A stretch of DNA of 64,000 nt, taken from Lepidodermella squamata. Its lineage: Eukaryota > Animalia > Gastrotricha. Made by a program: the position numbers and the translations under genes. The stretch spans positions 1 to 64,000 of the forward strand of contig JBLDXI010000055.1 in NCBI GenBank assembly GCA_047495785.1, written 5' to 3'. A model generated the notes under the pieces. It worked only from the letters and a program-made list of their open reading frames with translations. It had not been told where the DNA came from and searched no databases. Shown piece after piece: positions 61,523 through 64,000 of this stretch. Positions within the stretch are counted from its first letter, which is position 1. The number at the start of each line of letters is the position of its first letter.

Positions 61523-61980
61523 GTTTATTACATCTGAGAATCAAGTAATCTCTTGCCATATGTCAAACACTCGGTAGTTAATGAAGAAAGTTCTACTTAT
61601 TTCGCATCTCGTTCCTTGGGAAGTTATCTTGATGGCGTTGAGCGCTGTCAGACTCATATTATTATCTAAAAACTAGAATTAATACACGGTGCCACGCCGT
61701 CTCTTGCCGTTTCTTATCTGAAAAATAATGCCTACATATTTGCTTACCGGGGTGCTCGGAATCTCGTTTCAGTGGTTATAGGGTTGGGGAGTAGTTGCAT
61801 CTTGCCACTGTGGTCGCTAGAATTAACTCACTATATTGTTGATACTTCGCTCCCAAATGACAGCGAAAATTATCGCAAATTTATACCTTGATATTGTTAT
61901 TATTCTTGCAATAAATCAATGACTTACAGCGTTTTGGTTGATGCAATTTTTTCATCTAGGGATGGCTTGAGTTATTTAAA

Positions 61981-64000
61981 ATGAGTCTTTACTATGACAG
62001 CGCACAACAAGCCGTCGTAGTGGCGTCAGAGGCGCCATCATCCAGCTCGGATTCGGGTTTCCTGAAAGCGGAAAAGCAGAAGTTCTTTCTTGACCATTTG
62101 AAGAAAGATAGCATTCATTTCGCGCGTAAATATGCCGTTCGAACCACTTTTATGGCTTTATTTCGTTTTTATTTATTTTCAAGGTGTGGGTGTTACGTTT
62201 TTTAAACGTGGTTTGTTTGAAGAGGCGTCTGAAGCTTTCTCGAAAGCGATTGAAAAATATCCGGCTGAGCCGTTATATTTTGGAAATCGGGCTCTTTGTT
62301 TTTTGGAGTTGGGAGAATATGAAAGGTTCTTAATTATGCTTATTTTTTTCAAGTTTTTTTCATGAGCTTTTTTTAATATTAGAGCGGCATCTGATTGTGA
62401 AACTGCCCTGCAGCTTGGCCCGAAAAGTGTGAAATTTTACTACCGGCAAGCATTGGCGTTATATGGATTGGGGGTAAATTTCGTGTTTTTTTCTCCTTGT
62501 TCTAGCTCATTTCTGTCGCCTATAGTCGGTAGCGCAGTCGATTCAGTCTTTGTTGCTCGCTTATTCCTTGGCAGTGAATTCAGTTGTGAACAGAACTGAT
62601 GAAATTGACTCGTTATTGGAAGAAATCGACGAAATTAAAGAGCGCATTGACTTTTTCTCGCAGTCGCTTTCGTTGGGCGATCGCGAGCTTGTTGAGCAGC
62701 AAATGGCTAATATCGAGAAGGAATGTGACTTCTCAGCTTGCAACCGAAACAGCACGTCCACGGACAGCAGCCACGAATCGATGTTTTCATTCCGGAAATC
62801 TGAGTGCCTTGAAAATGATCCCTATGCCGAGTAAGTAAAAATTTGAAAAAAAAAAATTCTGATTTATTTCATCTAATTTTTAGTCCCTCAAATCCATTAC
62901 AAGCATACATGCTTTGGATTGGAAATTTTTCAGGCCCCCATGCAACCGAAAAAGAGTTGAAGCGACTTTTGAAAAGGTTTTGTCACTTTTTTGATAATAT
63001 TATTTTTGTTGAAATGAATTGTTGCCTTCAGCTTTGGTGGAAAGACTCTGTCTTGTACGGTTTTTCCTCAAACTAGTTGCGCCCTAGTAACACTGCAAAG
63101 CGCTCATGCTACGGGTCAAGTTATGCAAAAGTTACAAGTTTGTCATTTGAAATTTTTTCGATTTCTCCATGTCTTAATTTCGGATTTTAGGGCTATGATT
63201 TTCATGGAACATCCCTGCTGGTCCGTTACAAAATGCGTGCTGGCGAAAAAGCACCAATCCCGACAAAGGAAAGACGACGAGAAAATAGTTATAGCGCACC
63301 TTGGCGAAGGTTGGCTAACATTAAGTTGGATGAAATATTCCGTGAATTTTTAATTCAGGACTGTCCCGTCTGAAGGAGATTCGAACGTGATTACCGGGGA
63401 CGCATCGGATGATGAACCCGACCAAGCTGTTAGCAGCGACGCGCTGTTTGAAAATGGATCGAAACCGAAAGCGAAACCGTTGTTCGGCCAGCCGGGCGAG
63501 TCGCGAACTGTTTGGGTTGGGAAATTGTCCGAGGAATGTTCGGAGGGCGACCTGCGTAAGTTGCTGTCTGCCGCGGGTCCCGTTTGCCGGGTCAACTTGT
63601 TGAGCGCTACCCGTTGCGCGTTTGTCGAATTCGGCGACCCCGACTCGGCTGAAGCAGCTGTTCGAGCTTTTAGCGGGCGACGTTTTTTCGGCAAGATTAT
63701 CCGTCTCAACCTGGCGTGTGACCTGGTTTCGACCTCAGCGAAACACCGCAACTCGGTTGATCGGCAGATGAGTGATACCAGCGGCGGGGATGGGACTGAG
63801 TCGCCGACAAGTGATACCGAGCAGTTGGATAAAAGTTTGTTGATGGATCACCAAATGCCTCAATCGCCACCGGACAGCCAGCTTAATAGCTCGACCTCCT
63901 CGTCCGAGGGCAAAGACTCCGAGGAAGAGGGTAAGGATTACAAGGCGCTGTGGCTCGGCAGCTTGGACGACCCTACGCTAAGTGAAGCTGATATTCTGAG
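61981..64000 (+). CDS. TPR + RRM protein, paralog 2 (3' end beyond the window)
   Basis: MSLYYDSAQQAVVV, FKRGLFEEASEAFSKAI...YFGNRALCF, LWIGNFSG..ATEKELKRLLK, VWVGKL...CAFVEF and LWLGSL. The domain order is the same as paralog 1. Confidence 0.8.

Overview
This is a gene-dense window from a eukaryotic genome, almost certainly a small-genome invertebrate animal. It has a standard genetic code and mostly 45-60 nt GT-AG introns. I can assemble about 18 protein-coding genes, in order: BRWD/PHIP (runs off the left edge), TBRG1, FBXL4, DHDDS, MAP3K4, a synaptotagmin-like Rab effector, TYW5, SRRM1, CUEDC2, two divergent tandem Rab GTPases, FBXW10-like, a secreted 5xCUB-like/LamG/inactive-trypsin mosaic protein, a group I metabotropic glutamate receptor, a mitochondrial glutamate carrier, MED7, and two tandem TPR+RRM paralogs (the second runs off the right edge). 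A Pol III cluster at about 34.2-34.9 kb holds initiator tRNA-Met, tRNA-Thr(CGT) and an SRP (7SL) RNA. A few MITE relics are present. The most notable observations are: (i) same-strand genes packed 68-139 nt apart, each with an apparently unpaired splice acceptor just before the downstream ATG, suggesting operons with SL trans-splicing or shared-first-exon nested genes; (ii) an SRP RNA whose helix 8 has a UAAC loop in an E. coli-like stem and which sits directly behind a tRNA; (iii) a CUB-like repeat with rewired cysteines fused to a pseudo-protease; and (iv) an mGluR with a cytoplasmic tail of about 800 aa. Gene models were assembled by eye from splice signals and recalled protein motifs. No database searches were run.
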